From NCBI GenBank assembly GCA_964234715.1, contig OZ174280.1: a stretch of DNA of 64,000 nucleotides; one strand, written 5' to 3'. The DNA comes from Podarcis melisellensis. Lineage: Eukaryota. The stretch's first letter is position 1. Every line of letters begins with the position of its first letter. The notes under the pieces are model-generated. The model worked only from the letters and a program-made list of their open reading frames with translations, did no database searches and was not told the origin of the DNA. Below are positions 61,792 through 64,000 of the stretch, in pieces. The position numbers were made by a program, and so were the translations under genes.

Positions 61792-62439
61792 GTGAGTGTA
61801 TTTTTTAAAGTTGTGATCAGTTTAGGAGAAATCTTGAATTCCAGCAGTCGATAATATATTTGAGTGCTAAGAAACCTTGATACGATTCATGTGCCTTATT
61901 TCTCTATCATCAAAGCACTGTTGGGTGGACACTCACTGAAGTGCTTCAGGGAGAACCCCAGATGTCCTACCCTTGCTGCACACTAGGGGGGGTCACGCTA
62001 GGGAGGCCCAAGGAAGGAAAATCAGGCCAAGCATCTTACTGTGATCAAAATAGTATCTGTACCTAACTCTCTTCTCCCTATGAAAGGTGAGAAGTAAGTT
62101 TATTTCCACTGAGTGACAAAAATAATAGCCACTTTGCATATTGTTTTTGATGGATACACAGAAAGGACACAACCCTACTCATTCTGCATGCATAGATTAA
62201 TAGCTATGCTGTATAAATCAGTATAATTTTATTATTCATGGGAAAAGTTGCAAATCAATTATAAACCAAGACATCAGTTTCTTTTTTTAAAAAAAAAAAA
62301 TCATTCCAGCATGATCTAGAATAATAGAATTGTAGATTTGGAAGGGTTCATGGGGGTCGTCTTGTCCAACCCACTGCAATGCAGGAATCTTTTGCTCAGT
62401 GTGGGGCTCGGAAGGTTTTCAAATTTCTCCAGAAAGTTA

Positions 62440-63315
62440 ATAATCATAGAGACAGGCACACCTTACTAGGCAGGGCATTCCACAACTGAGGGACCACCAA
62501 TGAAAAGTCCCTGCAACAGCTCAGTGCCAACCAAGTAGTTCCCAGTGGTGGCACCAACAGCGAGGCCTCGCTTGCCAATCATAGTCTGATATGGTTGGTA
62601 TTGGGGAAGATGCTCTTTTCAGTACTTGGGCCTGAAGCCATTTAGCGCTTTATATGGTAGAACTAATGCCTTGAATTGAGCCCAGTAACTCCCTGGTAGT
62701 CAGTGCAGTCCTTTCAGGACTGGGGTCCCATTGGACTGCCCCATTTATCTACCTAGCTGCCACATTCTGTACTAGATGCAGCTTCTGGACCATCTTCAAG
62801 GACAGCCACACATAGAGCACATTACAGTGGTCCCAGCAGGAGGTCACTATAGCATGGACAACTGAGACCAAGCGGTCCCAGTCCAGGAGCAGCTGTACCT
62901 GATGAACCAGCCTAATCTGGGCATAAGCACTCCTAGATGCAGAAGCTATTTGAGACTCCATTAACAAGTTGGAATCCAGTGATAAGTTGGAATACTCCTA
63001 AACTGAAACCTCATATTCAAGGGTAGCAAAATGCTGCTCAGAACAGGATGTACACTTAATGACCAGACATGGGAACTACCCATCTACAGCACTTCTATTT
63101 TATGAGGATTCAACCTCAGTTTTTTGTCCCCCATCCAGTTCATCACTACCTCCAGATACGCGTCCAACACTTTTGCAGCCTTTCCTGATTCCAATGGAAT
63201 GAAGAAATAAAGTCACATGTCATCAGCATACTTACGACACCATGTTCCAAATCCCCAGATGACAGCTCCCAATGGTTTCATATAGAAACTAAATGACATA
63301 GGAGACAGAATGGAC
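62440..63315 (-). mobile_element. Old degraded L2 LINE ORF2 fragment
   Basis: SILSPMSFSFYMKPLG...KYADD and HAIVTSCWDHCNVLY...KLHLVQNVAAR; stops and deletions. Confidence 0.85.
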
Positions 63316-64000
63316 AGTAAAGACATGGTTGTGTACACAAATTCACCTGTGGAACAGATTATTGGTGGTGCATTGGAATGTTACATAGATGGTAGCATAA
63401 GTTTAGAAGAGAACAAAAGTATAAAAAAATTGATAAACTGCATCCTGTTGTAATGTCCTTTCTTTGCAGTTGATGCTATTAATTAGTTATATATTGGCAT
63501 CAATATACATCAAAGGATCATTGTACTTTAAATCCCACCTTCTACATTTTTACAGAATACTCTGATGATTTCAGAGGCAAAGTTCTTATACATTAGCCTT
63601 ACATGGTGTGACTCTAATATCAGGCTAGTAGAATCAGTTTGTAAATCTGTTAGCATCAGATAATCTGGATTTTAAATATGAATGGTGTGAACAAATGCTC
63701 ACTTGCTCTTTTTTATGCCATTTCTTTCATCTCTGTCCATATGCCACTTGGGAAGAGGGCATGTGTTTGGCCATGTGCACTTCAAGGTCAGTTTAGGAAA
63801 GACAACGGAGAGTTCAAGCTTTCCATATTCTTAACAAGATGTCTGGATCTTTAGAAAAAACAAACAAACATGTTTTAGCCCATTACAGATTTGTGTCGAG
63901 GCTTTAGAGTTCAGTTCACAGATTCTGCTTTGTAATCTACAACCTGGTTCTTCAAACTCTTGTTTATATGAGTTGTACTTATTTTATGAAATGTAATGTC

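Overview
Vertebrate nuclear DNA from a squamate reptile, most likely a lacertid lizard (Sauria SINEs, BovB, L2/CR1 and hAT/Tc1 MITEs). The window holds the conserved ALG6 - ITGB3BP - EFCAB7 block. It contains the last 10 coding exons of ALG6 (+, 3874-14985), the complete 8-exon CDS of ITGB3BP/CENP-R (-, 49956-23960, 179 aa), a CpG-island bidirectional promoter (~49.9-50.5 kb) and the first coding exon of EFCAB7 (+, 61605-61791). The supplied ORF track is mostly spurious; I rebuilt exons by hand from splice sites and from remembered human orthologue sequences. Main points: (1) an ALG6 minor-spliceosome (U12) intron that needs non-canonical GT...AT ends; (2) a full-length 6.2 kb L1 with intact ORF1 and ORF2 and a perfect target-site duplication, antisense in EFCAB7 intron 1, with its promoter end 1.1 kb from the ATG exon; (3) an unidentified decayed coding-like tract with strong T3 codon bias in an ALG6 intron (possible endogenous viral element or retrocopy); (4) an RFX X-box in the shared promoter; (5) several nested transposon structures. 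No prokaryotic systems or CRISPR arrays. Two assembly gaps lie at 26.1-26.6 kb.
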